DNA from: Eledone cirrhosa
Lineage: Eukaryota
Length of the DNA: 64,000 nucleotides
Assembly (NCBI GenBank): GCA_964016885.1
Contig: OZ024752.1
Span: 9,982,001-10,046,000 of the forward strand
Direction: 5' to 3'
The translations under genes were made by a program, and so were the position numbers. Below the pieces are notes generated by a model, which saw only the letters and a list, made by a program, of their open reading frames with translations, ran no database searches and was not told the origin of the DNA. Positions 27,508 to 42,774 of the stretch are shown here, piece by piece; position 1 is the stretch's first letter; each line of letters starts with the position of its first letter.

Positions 27508-28062
27508 CTGGAATAAATATTGTTAATATCTTATGATTAGAGTATATTACACCATTTCCTTACCGCCAGTTTCATATGCATCATAGGATTATAATAAAAA
27601 GTGAATGAATCATCAGGAGTCTAATCATAATGATAGAATTGGAAGGTCTCTATCCAAAATGGAATGGTACAACATTCAAGTAAATTCCATCATTGGCAAC
27701 CATGACGAATTGGTAAATTCCTTAAAACTTCCGATATGATATATTGGATAAAATTGTGCCAACGTCTACAAACAAACAAACAAACTGACGATGAGTAAGT
27801 CGAATTAAAGCCAGTGTTACAGTATATGTAAATCTGGTGGAACACGGGCTTAGATTCCACTTATTATATATACACTGTGAAGACTATAGCCGGCTCAATT
27901 CTGGAAAACTACCCAACATAGGACGGACCTAGTAACAGCATCGAGGGCTTTCGACGGTATGTTGCTTGTAACTTTAGTTACACACACACAAACACACACA
28001 TATATATATATATTCGTTAGCTTAGCCGCAACCTAAAGCTTAGTTAATGCTGTACTAAAATT

Positions 28063-28092
<30 letters not shown>

Positions 28093-28094
<2 letters not shown>

Positions 28095-28423
28095 ATGAGA
28101 AACAAGATAGATTGAATGGACGGGTGGGTTGCAATTGAAAGAAAATATCTTTAGATGAAAATAAAAGGTTATTTATGTTGATATCTCTTGGATATATATA
28201 TATATCCAAGAGATATCAACGTAAATAGACCCTTTTATTATTATCTAAAGATATCTTTTCCAATTACAACCCACCCGTCCCTTCAATCTGTCGTGTTTCT
28301 CATTATTTCTTCTGGTGAAGGACTAGCGTCCGAAACGTTAAGACCCTATTCCTGCTATTTCAAGTGTTAAATAATATATTCCTTCCATATACTGTACCGA
28401 TTGTGTTGTTATTTCTGTTTACC

Positions 28424-28428
<5 letters not shown>
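28093..28428. mobile_element. (TA)n-centred palindrome continuing into a family F HHR element
   Basis: ~100-bp arms around a short (TA)n at ~28198; right side homologous to 55020-55187. Confidence 0.75.
28308..28343 (+). ncRNA. Hammerhead motif with A6G core change, family F
   Basis: tctt-CTGGTGA-a-ggac tagc gtcc-GAAA-cgtt-aaga. Confidence 0.55.
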
Positions 28429-28496
<68 letters not shown>

Positions 28497-28679
28497 GCTT
28501 AAAATGGAGTGGGAATAAGAAGAAAGCAAGAACGGGGGTGGGTGTGTGTGGCGGGTGCCGCATCAGTTGTCTACTGGGGGCCTCGGATATCACTCCATTT
28601 TAAGGTACTTAAACTAGTAACTACACAGCCAATCCTATTCTCCATATATATATATATATATATATATATATGGAGAATA

Positions 28680-28739
<60 letters not shown>

Positions 28740-28780
28740 TATTCTTTCCGAACTATATAAGGAACACTTGTGATTATTTA

Positions 28781-28820
28781 TGCCCTTGAGAAGCCCAACT
28801 GGGCGAAACGTACGTAGGTG
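28781..28820 (+). ncRNA. Hammerhead variant with U3-A8 core
   Basis: cc-TTGAGAA-gccc aact gggc-GAAA-cgtacg-TA-gg; palindromic loop III; stem I weak. Confidence 0.6.
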
Positions 28821-29033
28821 ATATTTTAAATAAACATGTTTTAACGGTCTATTCTCCGATTTTTTACTTTCCCACGTGCTTACACTCTGCTAACTCTCTA
28901 GCCCACTAAATATTAACACTTCAAATATTTAATACTGCCGGCACTAGTATCGAGCACCTTTGGCATACGCTACTTGGCAAATAACTATATGTATCACCTA
29001 TCCCTCCTTTTTCTCTCATTCTCGATACGTAAA

Positions 29034-29104
<71 letters not shown>

Positions 29105-29106
<2 letters not shown>

Positions 29107-29392
29107 TATCCCGAGTTCAATCGGCAACAGGAGTAACCACAGTAAGTAAGGTACTCAATACATAGCAGAGTATAAATATTTAATATAGAAATGGCTTCTA
29201 CAGGACTAGAACTGTTTTATTCGAAGGAAATCATCAGGAAAGCTGTCAATGTAATATGGTGGTATTTATACATTATCTGGTGGTAGCGGAGGGTGGTGAT
29301 TGGGATGGGTGGAGGTCATTGGCTGATAGATTTTAAAAATGGTGATTATGATGAGTTCCTCCGAATGAAACAGTTCTAGTCCTGTAGAAGCC
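29105..29392. mobile_element. Foldback cassette, family B, with ~110-nt spacer
   Basis: ggcttctacaggactagaactgttttattcg..cgaatgaaacagttctagtcctgtagaagcc. Confidence 0.7.
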
Positions 29393-29537
29393 TCACCCCC
29401 CCTCCACCTATCACCCACGCCTAAAGATTTCTCATAGCAAAACCACCAATCAAAACAACATAAACTGACCGCCATATGAACGCGAAACGTTAGACATTTC
29501 TATGATTTATATGCTCATTCTGTCATTACAACAGCAG

Positions 29538-29623
29538 AGGTCCGACGAGCTTTTGATTCCAGAGTCGGGCCAGATCGATACAGATCGAAGCTTGAGCTGA
29601 TCAATTGCGAAACGTGCGTCACC
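29538..29623 (+). ncRNA. Hammerhead-like motif with long stem II, family H
   Basis: ggt-CCGACGA-gcttttgatt..gatcaattgc-GAAA-cgtgcg-TC-acc; core deviates (U4C). Confidence 0.45.
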
Positions 29624-30090
29624 AATCAATAAACATACTGAAGACATAACAAATCGTCCTTGTTTATATATATGAACGTCTGTGTATATATGTCTGTGGA
29701 ATGTGGGATTTTTGTTGTATATATGTCTGTGGAATGTGTGATTTTTGTTGTATATATGAATATCACATGTTTTTGCTTCACAGTTACAATGATATATTTG
29801 CTGAAGTTGTTCGCCTCTAGCACCAGTTGTGTTATCTGTGTTACCTGTGTGGTACAATTACTGAAAAGTTAAATCAATGAAGAACTTTCTTGCAGATACT
29901 CTCACGTTTCATATTCTCAATTAAAACTTCACCCATCGTAAAAGTTAAATTTCTTCTTTTTGCGCTGAATAAAATATAGTAACGTTTATCTGTTGGTACC
30001 TTTGTAGTTTGTAATCGAGTGCTCTCCATCCCACACACCTGATATCGTGTGCAGGTAAATATTTTGCTTATATAAATAAGATGTTTTTAA

Positions 30091-30319
30091 TTAACGCTTT
30101 AGCATTTACTTTACTCCATCTTTACTATTATATTTTCACGGTAAAGGCTTGACTTCACATAATTCTCTCACATAATATGAAATCTATGAGATTTTGATAT
30201 CATTTATTTTGAGAAAAATATCTTAACATCAGTATGAGGAGCCGGTTATGGTAGGTTTGAACATAAAGAGGTGTGGGAATTATGGCCGGATACTGGCGGT
30301 TTAAATACTAAAGGGTTAA
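30091..30319. mobile_element. piggyBac-type MITE
   Basis: TTAA-cgctttagcattt ... aaatactaaaggg-TTAA. Confidence 0.65.
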
Positions 30320-30499
30320 TCTAGATATAAATTTCTGTGATTCTGTCACAACACGTAAAGAGAGAGGAGTAGTTTGACTACCTCATACTCCTCCTCTCAC
30401 GTTAAGTCAGCTGCCTACATGAATGTATGTGTGTGTAAAAGGAAAGAAGGGGGTGGTGAAATAACTATAGCAAAATAGCGGTTGGGGTTCTATTTGTTA

Positions 30500-31380
30500 T
30501 GCTGTGTATGTGTGTATTTACGTGAATGTATATGTGTGTATTTGTGTGAATGTATATGTGTGTCTGTGTGAATATATGTGCTTTTGTAAATATATGTGCG
30601 TGTTTGTGTGAATGTATGTGTTTGTGTGAATGTATGTGCTTGTGTGAATGGATGTGTGTGTTTGTGTGAATCTATGTGTGTGTGTTAATGTATGTATGTG
30701 TGTGTGTTAATGTATGCGTGTGTGTGTGTGAATGTATGTGTGTTTTTGTGTGAATGTATGTGCTTGTGTGAATGTGTGAGTGTGTTTGTGTGAATATATG
30801 TCTGTGTTTGTGTGATTGAATGTGTGTGTGTTTGTGTGAATGTATATGTGTGTTTGTGTGTGAATGTATGTGTGTTTTTGTAAATGTGTGTGTGAATGTT
30901 TGTATGTGTTTATGTAAATGTATGTGTGTTTGTGTGAATGTATGTGTGTGTTTGTGTGTTAATGTATGTGTTGTATTAATCTATGTGTGTGTTTGTGTGA
31001 ATGTATGTATGAGTTTATGTGAATGTATGTGTGTTTGTGTGAATGTATGTATCTTTGTGTGAATGTATGTATGTGTTTATGTGAATGTATGTATGTGGTT
31101 TTGTGAATGTATGTATGTGTTTATGGGAATGTAGATATGTGTGTGTGAATGTATGTGTGTATTTGTGTGAATATGTGTGTAGTTGTGTGAATGTATGTGT
31201 GTCTTTATGTGAATGTATGTGTGTGTTTGTGTGAATGTATGCGTGTGTATGTTTGAATCTATGTGAGTGTTTGTGTGAATGTATGTGTGTGTGTATCAAT
31301 GTATGTGTGTGTGTGTGTGTATGAATGTATGTGCGTGTGTGAATGTATGTCTGTGAGTGCGTATTTTTGTAAGTGTGTCT
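30500..31380. repeat. Degenerate (GTGTGAATGTAT)n-type TG-rich satellite
   Basis: Dozens of tgtgaatgtat units. Confidence 0.9.
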
Positions 31381-32280
31381 GTGTTCGCACATTTATATTT
31401 ATATACTCATACATATAAATGAATGCATATACATATATACACAGACATACACACATACACACACACATATATATATATACATACACGCACACACTCATAT
31501 ACATATACTCGTCAGCGTGTTGAAAAGAATCCTTGTAAGCTAATATATATTCAGATGGCATGTATGAAATGGAATTTAGAGAGCTAAGTATATTGAGTGG
31601 AGCTGCAGAATAGTAAGACACCAATAAATATGGCACGAGTCACGAACGCCATCTTAATGGTAGACCAGATAAATATATAACAACATAGGAAACATAGCAA
31701 TATTTACGATTATTATGGAAATGCATAGCACAATATACATATATGATTTTTACATGTTTGTCTTCATGAATACTTATATATACAGAAATAATATTTCAGA
31801 AATATAAGTATGTATAAATATAACTTCACAAAGTACATATTGAGATATTACGAATAAAGAAGTTGCTAACCTGCCAATGTGAATTTTATTAAATAAATGT
31901 CGTTTATCTTTTAATAATAATCAATGCATGAATTTCCGGTTTGGGCTTGATTTGATAGTGTTTTTAAATAGAATTATACAGACATATATTTCATCTTATT
32001 TATTAGATTAATATAGGAAAGAAAAACTAATTTATCCCAAAACGAATGAATAAAATTAGTTACCAAACATTGCCTCATAAACCAAAATACTTATTCCACA
32101 TAAAATCTTAAACTAGTACGTTACCTTTCAGATTGTTATTTTAAATTTAAAAAAAAAACGATAAGGATCCCATAAATCCTTGTGGAATGGTAGAGGTACC
32201 GTTATACGGCGTGTCTAGGGCACATTTGGATCCAGTGGAGCTCCAGGTTTGAACACAGCCGATTTTTTTCTATAGAGGAA

Positions 32281-32443
32281 GTGTCGATCCGAGTACTGGA
32301 CAGATACTTATTTTATCAACCCCGTAAGGATGAAAGGTAAAGTTAACCACGGCAGGATTTGAACTCAGTGCGCGCAATGTGGTGGGACTAATACCGTAAA
32401 GCATTCTATCCGACGTCTTAACGAATCTGACAATTGAACGCCT
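32281..32443 (-). mobile_element. SINE S1-related, older subfamily
   Basis: Shared body and B box, divergent head. Confidence 0.7.
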
Positions 32444-32616
32444 TAATATTTTTACTTACATTGTATTAAATAAGAGCGTTTCTAAAATTGAGATCATATA
32501 AACTTTTCACTCATTATGAAGGACAAAGGAACTTGCCATTTTGTGAAACATGTAACTAGACCTTTATCCTATAAAGAAACACCTTTTTCTAACGGGAGGA
32601 AACATAAAAACATGAA

Positions 32617-32662
32617 AACCACTGATGATGTCACAGATATGTGTGACGAAAGAAGTCGAAGA
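32617..32662 (+). ncRNA. Degenerate hammerhead motif, family E-like
   Basis: CTGATGA-t-gtcaca gatatg tgtgac-GAAA-gaag-TC; stem I lost. Confidence 0.45.
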
Positions 32663-34197
32663 AACTGTATTTGTATTTATATATTTAACTGTTGGTCAAT
32701 GAGTTATAAACATTGATTGCCACTAAATTATTTATAGAAATATAAAGATAAACATTTTTCTATGCACCAAACTTGAACATCCAGTCTTTCATCATTCACA
32801 GCGGAGCCTATAGTTTTAAAACAAATTTCACGTCTTAGAATTACTAATAATTATTATTCAAAATTATGTTTTAAATATGTTTTCCCAGGAAGGATAATTA
32901 ACTGGAAGACATAGGATAAACAAAACAATGACTTGAATAACACTTATTCCTATACACCTGAATCTAACATTGTATTAATAAGCTCTCGAAGGTATGATTG
33001 TTAGAACAAATAACCTCTATATTGTTCAGACTAATAGACAGGAAAATATCAATTCATGTTTAAAACAGAAACATATATTCGTGGTTCTAATTTGCTGTTG
33101 CATTTTGAAGTGATTCGAAATGAGGTTTAGCTTCAGTACGCTATAGATATTATAGTGACATTTGATAAAGAGAAATTCTTACTTATGCATGATTTATTGT
33201 CAGGCATTCCGTACAATGAAATAAGACATGTATATATCTACAACACCATATCAGTATAAAGAATCCTTTGTATAATTTGTAGCAAAACAGATTTTATTTT
33301 TTTGATTATATTTAACATTATATAATACAGAACGAAATCGTTCAACGTGTAAATGCTACTTTCCTAAGGGACGATGTCTAATAGACCATTACAGGACTCA
33401 ACCATATAATTTAGTGTTGTCTGGCTATCTAAACGAAACACTAGGAAATAATATTACATTCTTCGTTTTCTGATATATTACAATAGATATGTAATCTGAA
33501 ACAGCAGTAGTCAGAACCTCCAATATAATATTGCCCTGTGATTAATAAAATATATCCCAAGGCCAAAGCATCAGAGTTGTTTATTAGTATGATCATAAAA
33601 TCAATAGATTTCCGAACGTCTCATTGCTGTATAGAAATTACGATAGATATTACAGCTAGCGTTTCTTTTCTCGATAATATATTGATATATGTGATAAAAT
33701 GAAATATTTCAAAAGCTCGTTAATATAAACTGGCATTTCGATTTTTCAGAAGTTATAAATCAGCAGGTGCCAAGGACGGTATGTAGGTACAGATCTACTA
33801 AAAATCAATAGTAATAACTCTACGAAACACAATGCCTTATTTTTAGATTATTTGCGTTTCTACATTGTATAATATTTATACATGAAATAGTTACACTCTG
33901 ACTTTCCGACTGTAAATAGAATGTCGTGCTGTGAACACTTAAATTACTACAGCAACGGAATTTTAAAAATAATATAGCTAAATGTTATTAAAAAAGGGAT
34001 ATATTTTGAATATATTCGCGTGCAAACGTATATACACATAAACTCACAGGCATCTCCACCCTACATACACACGGCCTTGTGACAATCAGGAAAAACTCCA
34101 GAGTAACCCGTCTCGCTATTCAGACTTAACATAATGAATATTAATACTCTATTTTATTATTGAGTACTATTTTCTCAGAGCCGTCAACCACATACGG

Positions 34198-34246
<49 letters not shown>

Positions 34247-34319
34247 GTAATAATAAGATCCCGTTAAGGGTGAAAGCAGCGATTTTTTACTTAAATTTTA
34301 TTCTGTTTTCTCTTTGTTT

Positions 34320-34598
34320 CCCTATTCCAACGGCTTAATTTAAATATACTGTTGTTAAACCTTTCCAACACTAATTTGCATAATAAACCAACATTAAATC
34401 TAATAACTCCACTATCCAGGAGATTCCAACCAGAATGGTTGCATTTTTTAAGGGTATGTCAATATTTATTTATAAAACTAACCTATATTATATTTTATCT
34501 GATGAAAGCCACCATAGTTTGCTCTGGTGGCCCTTGAAATATGTATAATGAAATAAATATGGTTTTATAAATATAGTTTCCATTTGTTAATATATTGT
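34320..34598 (+). mobile_element. Family C element with HHR at ~34493-34553
   Basis: Homologous to 53130-53411; ttttat-CTGATGA-aagccacca..tggtggccctt-GAAA-tatgta-TA-atgaaa. Confidence 0.75.
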
Positions 34599-34705
34599 AT
34601 ATATATATATATATATATTTATTAAAATAACGGATTAAAGTTTAAGCAAAGAATCATTGCTTTCACCCTTAACGGGATCTTCTATTACTATTACTATATA
34701 TATAG

Positions 34706-35340
34706 TTGAAGAATGAAGAGTAACATGGTTCGCTGTACAATAAGGGCTTTATTTAAAGTACAGACAATTGTTTCGTTGATCAGGTGTGTCTAGAGTTCGC
34801 TAATCGCTTGAGGTTGCGTCATTGGATCTCCAATACATTATTTATTTCTGATCAACACATCAGAGTACGTAGATATGAAAGTAATTCACTCGAGGCAAGT
34901 CTTATAGAGAAAAATAGCGTATAATCAAAACAATAACATCAATAATAAAACATGTATGGTAAATAGGTAGAGAAGTTACAGATGTAAAAAGTAAAATATA
35001 AGATAGGGTACATTAAAAAGTAAGAAAATGAGAAAATGGAAAATATATAGAAATAAATAATTGAGAGCGTGTGCGTAGATAGTATGTTAGTAGTAGTTTT
35101 TGAGTATGTGTTCTTATAAGGATTCGTTGGTGGGTTAAGCGGTAACAAAGTTTCAAGGTTGCAGCAAATATAAATTGTATTCACACATGTCAATATGTAT
35201 TTTACGCATATAAAGACGATATCTGTTGAGCTGTCTCTGCAAAGTCGGGCTGCGGTCACCTTGGTTACACATTGAGCTGTTCGATATCGACACTTTTGTT
35301 GGGGTCCTGAATCACCCCGTATCTTACCACACACTCTTTC
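34706..35340 (-). mobile_element. PLE 3' fragment
   Basis: Minus-strand YICCNLETLLPLN resembles the PLE GIY-YIG C-terminal I..L.TL.P.GLN motif; followed by a UTR and an HHR-like motif. Confidence 0.45.
34758..34868 (-). ncRNA. Hammerhead-like motif with large stem II loop
   Basis: Minus strand reads gtact-CTGATGT-gttgatcag..ctgatcaac-GAAA-caattg-TC-tgtac. Confidence 0.55.
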
Positions 35341-35345
35341 TTCTT

Positions 35346-35374
<29 letters not shown>

Positions 35375-35381
<7 letters not shown>

Positions 35382-35590
35382 ATGATTTGGGAGGGTCATG
35401 TTGCCAAGAAGAAACGCACGCACCAGCTGCTTTCACTTTATAAATTTAGGAATTTAGGAATTTATAAATTTCCGGTTGGTTGGTTGGTTGGTACCACAAC
35501 CAGACGATTGTTCATATATTGTCAAATTTCTTTCGTCACAAATTCTGTGACCTCTTCAGTTACTGGGAATTCTTTTCTTTGTTTTTGTGA
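35375..35590 (-). mobile_element. Family E element with HHR-like motif (~35521-35563)
   Basis: Minus strand reads gtaa-CTGAAGA-g-gtcaca gaatt tgtgac-GAAA-gaaatt-tgac. Confidence 0.7.
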
Positions 35591-35592
35591 CT

Positions 35593-36491
<899 letters not shown>

Positions 36492-36632
36492 TTAGAAAGT
36501 GAGGTTTTTTTTACAAAATGAAAAATAACCGAGGTGTCTTACACGAGTGAAAGTATAAAGAAAAAGAGATGAAATCGAAAATGCAACTGGAGTCTTATTT
36601 AAAAAAAATTTATATATATATTTATTTGGTTT

Positions 36633-36668
36633 CTTTACCGGTTTCGCAGTTCTTCTGCTTTTCAAAAG
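36633..36668 (-). ncRNA. Hammerhead variant with U3-A8 core
   Basis: Minus strand reads ctt-TTGAAAA-gcag aagaa ctgc-GAAA-ccgg-TA-aag; degenerate homolog at 44484-44522. Confidence 0.65.
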
Positions 36669-36719
36669 GTGAGTTGAGATGGAGTCTGTGGTTTTTCTCA
36701 CATGTTACTGGTTGGTAAC

Positions 36720-37112
36720 CAGTAACATGTAAATAAACAAATAAATAAATGAACATAAACACACACAGACACCCGGATGTGGCGCATGCGCAGACTGAGC
36801 ACACAACACACACACAGAAACAAAATGGCGTAGGACAGAACAAAGGAGAGGCACAGAAACAAAGAAAGGAATCCCCAGTCACTGAAGAGGTCACAGAGTG
36901 TGTGTCGAGTCGAAAGAACTATCTGGTGGTGGAACCAACCAACCAACCAGAAATTTATAAATTTATAAATTTATAAATATATAATAAATTGAAGTGAAAG
37001 CATCTGGTGCGTGTGTTTCTTATTGGCAACATGACCCTCCCAAAGTATAACAATATCGGTTTCAACACACGATTTCAGATAAAGAATCTTGCTAAACAAA
37101 TTCAGAAACGAA
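36720..37112 (+). mobile_element. Family E element
   Basis: gtca-CTGAAGA-ggtcac.. at ~36877; tail matches 19510-19712. Confidence 0.7.
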
Positions 37113-37698
<586 letters not shown>

Positions 37699-37802
37699 GT
37701 ATCGAAATTTCCGTTGAAAACAGAAAAGGTCGTAGAAGTGAAGAGTGCTCTATGTAAGTTCCAGAGCAAAATTTAATGTATAAAAATCAATACAATATAA
37801 TT

Positions 37803-37874
37803 ACCTCATTACCAGAGGTTTCGTGAATGAGGCGAATACGAAGGAAACGTCTTCATTCGTTCGTCAGACGAGGC
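37803..37874 (-). ncRNA. Type-I hammerhead ribozyme with complete stems
   Basis: Minus strand reads gcctcgt-CTGACGA-ac-gaatga..tcattc-ac-GAAA-cc tct gg-TA-atgaggt. Confidence 0.75.
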
Positions 37875-37959
37875 AATATAAAACATGGCTAAATACTTGG
37901 AAAGTCTCATCAAGAAAAGCAAAAAAAAATATATATAGACAAATGAATTACAAATTGAA

Positions 37960-38229
37960 ATACATATATATATACATATATATATATACATATATATACA
38001 TATATATATACATACATATATATACATATATATATACATATATATATATACATACATATATATATACATATATATATATACATATATATATGCATATATA
38101 TATATACATACATATATACATATATATATATACATACATATATATATACATATATATATATATACATACATATATATATACACATATATATACATATATA
38201 TATACACATATATATACATATATATATAC

Positions 38230-38260
<31 letters not shown>

Positions 38261-38374
38261 CACATATATATATACATATATATATATATACACACATTAT
38301 ATATCTATATATCTGTATATATATATATATTACACATATATATATATACACATATATATATATATATACACACA

Positions 38375-38412
<38 letters not shown>

Positions 38413-38591
38413 ATATATATATATATATATACATATATACATATATATATACATATATACATATATATATACATATAAATAAACACTCACACACACAAAT
38501 ATATATATATATTTATATATATATAAATATATATATACACACCTACTTTTCATTTACTTTTAACATATCTAGTGTATATAAACACACACAC

Positions 38592-38630
<39 letters not shown>
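37960..38630. repeat. (TA)n/(TACA) satellite
   Basis: Seen directly. Confidence 0.95.
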
Positions 38631-38633
<3 letters not shown>

Positions 38634-39014
38634 CCCTATGTTTATTTGATCTCATTTTATAGAAGTAATATAAACTGTATTATCCCCTCACCAATAAATC
38701 TTATCTAGTCCATTTTGTATGATTAAACTCTATAAATATAATCTTTTCTCTCTGCCCTCCTTTCAAATTTGATGTTTAAATAATAGCATACTTTATGAGT
38801 TTCTGGTCCTTTTCATGTAACATTTTAATGTAATAATACTTTGAAATAATTGATTCGTTTATGAATTGCCTGAATGCACAGATGAAAAATTTAATATATT
38901 CTTGATTGTATAAGTTTTACCTTTTTCAATTTTAATTAATTTGAGTTATTCTTATAATTATATAATTACATCCTCATTAATAATATAATATACCTGTTCC
39001 CTACACCAACCTGC

Positions 39015-39460
39015 TTACCGATCCATCTATGATATCTATCCATGATATATATATATATATCTATGATATTTATCTATCTAATTATTTACCTACCCATATG
39101 TAATGTCTCGCCCTATTGGGGAACATCGACTAATTTTTAAATTGGATTTGTAATAATATTTTACACGTTTTTATTGATTGTAAACTTCCTCCTTTGTATT
39201 TGTCCCCTTCTTTTGTGCCCCTGTGGCTAATAAAAAAACATATCTATCTATCTAACCATCTATGTATCTATGATATCTATTATATCTATCTATCTATGCT
39301 ATGTTATCTATCCATAACATACATCTATGATATCTAACATTATATCTGCCTATCTATGATATATATATATATATATATCTAAATATTTATCTAACTATCT
39401 ATCTCTCTATCTATGTATCCTTTTATCTATCTAATCTATTTATCTATTTATCTGTCTCTC
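39015..39460. repeat. Degenerate (TATC)n region
   Basis: Seen directly, interrupted. Confidence 0.7.
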
Positions 39461-40453
39461 TAAGTCTTCGTCCCCCCCCCCAGTCCGTCTCTCTCTCTCT
39501 CTCCCTCCCTCCCTCTATGTGTCTCTCGCTCTCACTCTGTCAATGTATATTTACTTTATTCATAGAAATATTTGATTTAGTGTGATTATATTAGAAACAT
39601 TAATAGCATAAATCGATTTAATTTCTGTAATCACTTATCTAGAGTTAAAATGACATTCCTCAAAAGAATAATTTAACCATTTCATGAAGCTTGTTCATTA
39701 ATAAAATGTCAGGTGATTTACGATCTCCTGTTTGGCTAACGTCATATTCTATATTGTCAGATTCTCAATAGCTACACAGACAGTAAATTAATTTGAAAAT
39801 ATATACATTTCTAATTTCAGTTTCTAATTTATTATATATAACGTCACACTTTCGTTTTAATCACTCGCTATCTCTAAACAATCCAGGAATAAATATATAT
39901 TACGGTGTTTTACTGTCTTTTAAACTTAGTGTCTTGTTTTTAACTGTAAAGTAATATAGTATGTTTTCATTTATCATGATAGTTTTCTGGTGCTTTGTAT
40001 ATTATGTTAGGTTTCTGGCGATTTTGTACTGAGTGTAAATAATATCCATGTATCCAATATATATAATTGATATCCAATATATATATATATGATATTCAAT
40101 ATAAGTGTTGTAGAAAATATGTGACAATCGAACACAACACTTGCACTGTACCGGAATAATGGACAGAATGTGTATGGCAGGAATGTGCAACATATTCCAT
40201 TGCTAGGTCACTTTTGAACATTGGGATAACTATTAATATTTATTAAGCACCATTCCAAAGATTCACCACAACCTCTTTCCATAACATGCAACTAAGAAAT
40301 TATAACACATACAACCCTACCATGATTACACTTCATCAGTAACCACACAACACATTGTTTCTCCTAAATCTTTTAAAATATTTTATTAATTTTTTGTGAT
40401 CTGTTCTATTCTCTCTACTCTCCCCCCTTGTTGTTATTATTAACTCCTTAGTA

Positions 40454-40858
40454 GGGCGGTCGATTGGCAGTATAGGTAGAGGGGCGGACGCCATGCTAGG
40501 GTGGTGGATTGGCAGTATCGGTAGAGGGGCGGACGCCATGTTAGGGTGGTAGATTGGCAGTATCGGTAGAGGGGCGGACGCCATGCTAGGGCGGTGGATT
40601 GGCAGTATCGGTTGAGGGGCGGACGCCATGCTGGGACGGTAGATTTGCAGTATCGGTAGAGGGGCGGACGCCATGCTAGGGCGGTGGATTGGCAGTATCG
40701 GTAGAGGGGCGGACGCCATGCTGGGACGGTGGATTGGCAGTATCCGTAAAGGGTCGGACGACATGCTCGGGCGGTGGATTGGCAGTATCGGTAAAGGGTC
40801 GGACGACATGCTCGGGCGGTGGATTGGCAGTATCGGTAGAGGGGCGGACGACATGCTT
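40454..40858 (+). repeat. 45-bp minisatellite x9 derived from the SINE S1 head
   Basis: Unit gggcggtggattggcagtatcggtagaggggcggacgccatgcta equals the first 45 nt of SINE S1. Confidence 0.95.
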
Positions 40859-41006
40859 TTACGCATAGAATTATGGACCTTGCCATTCCGAGTTCAAATC
40901 CCGCCAATGTTAACTTTGCCTTTCATCCTTACAGGGTCGATAAAATAAAGTACCAGTAATGCACTGGGTAATTGCTGTCCTTGTGCCAAAAGTAGAAACA
41001 ATTATT
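40814..41006 (+). mobile_element. SINE S1, full length
   Basis: The last array unit runs into the B box and body. Confidence 0.9.
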
Positions 41007-41502
41007 AACTCATTTCCTTCTTGCCTCTCCCTTTCTCTCTCTCTCTGCTACTCGTGTAGTATCTCTCTCCCCCTCTCCCACTCACATATCCTCCCTTACT
41101 CTCTGCTCCCTCACTACTTTCGTTTTCTGTCGCCTCTTTCTCTTTTCGCTGCACCCGCCGAGCTTAGACGTGTGTTTTATTCGGTGTTAATAAGACCCCG
41201 GAGTTATGTCCAACCGGTGGCCTAACTTCTCCCCCTTCTCTCTCCCTTAGTTACTTTAGACACATTGCGGCTCCTCGTGCCTCCCCCCTTCTCTATCGGT
41301 ATGTTTTATGAATTTTTTCCTCTCTTTTTTTCACTTCCGTTTAATTGATTTTTTGTTCCCCTCTCTCTTTTTTCTCCCACCAAGAACTTACAAACTTATT
41401 GACGCACTGGGATAGGCGTATTATCTTTCATATCCTGAAATGTCCGAGATCCACAGCAGACAACTGAACCAGCGACCTGTCTCTTGTTTGTGATTTCCTT
41501 TC

Positions 41503-41866
<364 letters not shown>

Positions 41867-42113
41867 TATATATATATATATATAAATTATGTGTTACCCC
41901 AACCAATTTTAAATGTGCAATGGATACAATATTTGGTCTGTATTATATGTAAATTATTATGAATAAATTATTATGAATAAAAATGCTTGATTTACTATAA
42001 ATGCATTCATGCGTATCTTTTTTCATCCTGTTAACCATTGAAAGTTTGACTTTCTATAGGAATTATGAAAACGCATGTGTCAGGAAAAATTGCCAGAGTC
42101 TACTAGCACCTAT

Positions 42114-42150
<37 letters not shown>

Positions 42151-42349
42151 ACATACGCTCACCCACACAGATTCAAATAAATTATATAGTTCATGATTAA
42201 ATTAGAGAAACACAAATATACAATTACACAGTGTTATTAGTTTCACGCTTGTTAGAAAACAGAAAAGAATATCTTAAATAATCTCTCGCTAGTCTGTCAC
42301 CAGTAGGAGCCAACATAGAAGACAGAGGAAGATGGATGGTTAGGTTTTT

Positions 42350-42679
42350 ATTGAAGTGGGGAGGTGGTCAGGGGTGAATGGGCGACAATTGCCCCGGACC
42401 CTGCAGTGAGGGGTTCCACTAGCCATAGCAATTTATTTGTTCCCTCAGTTGGGTTTTTAGTTTTAGGATAATTGGAAGTTTTTAATTTAATACCTGTATG
42501 TATAACTTCTCAATTCCAATTACTTGCGCTAAGCTAATACTGCTATGTAAAACTAGGGGGTTTGCTATGTATTCCAATCGTTTGTGTATGAGGGGCACAT
42601 CCCCTTCAGAATCTGAAACAACTCGCGCCCCCCACAATCTGAAGTGCCCCACGCCCCCCAAGATCTAAATCCCACTCTG
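42350..42679. mobile_element. hAT-like MITE
   Basis: Homologous to 63494-63796; right end taaatcccactctg resembles the reverse complement of CAGGGCCGGATTTA. Confidence 0.6.
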
Positions 42680-42774
42680 CTGGTAAATTGTTGGTGGAGC
42701 CTCCGTATATATCATCTGTACTATGTGTATGTGGGTGAGATAGATTTCGTAATTGTACATGTTATTGGTTTTTA

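Noticed and set aside
40336-40948. Repetitive ORFs (MASAPLPILPIHRPS)n, or a CRISPR-like array
   Set aside because: The 45-bp unit is the SINE head. It is a multiple of three, has no unique spacers and has no cas genes nearby.
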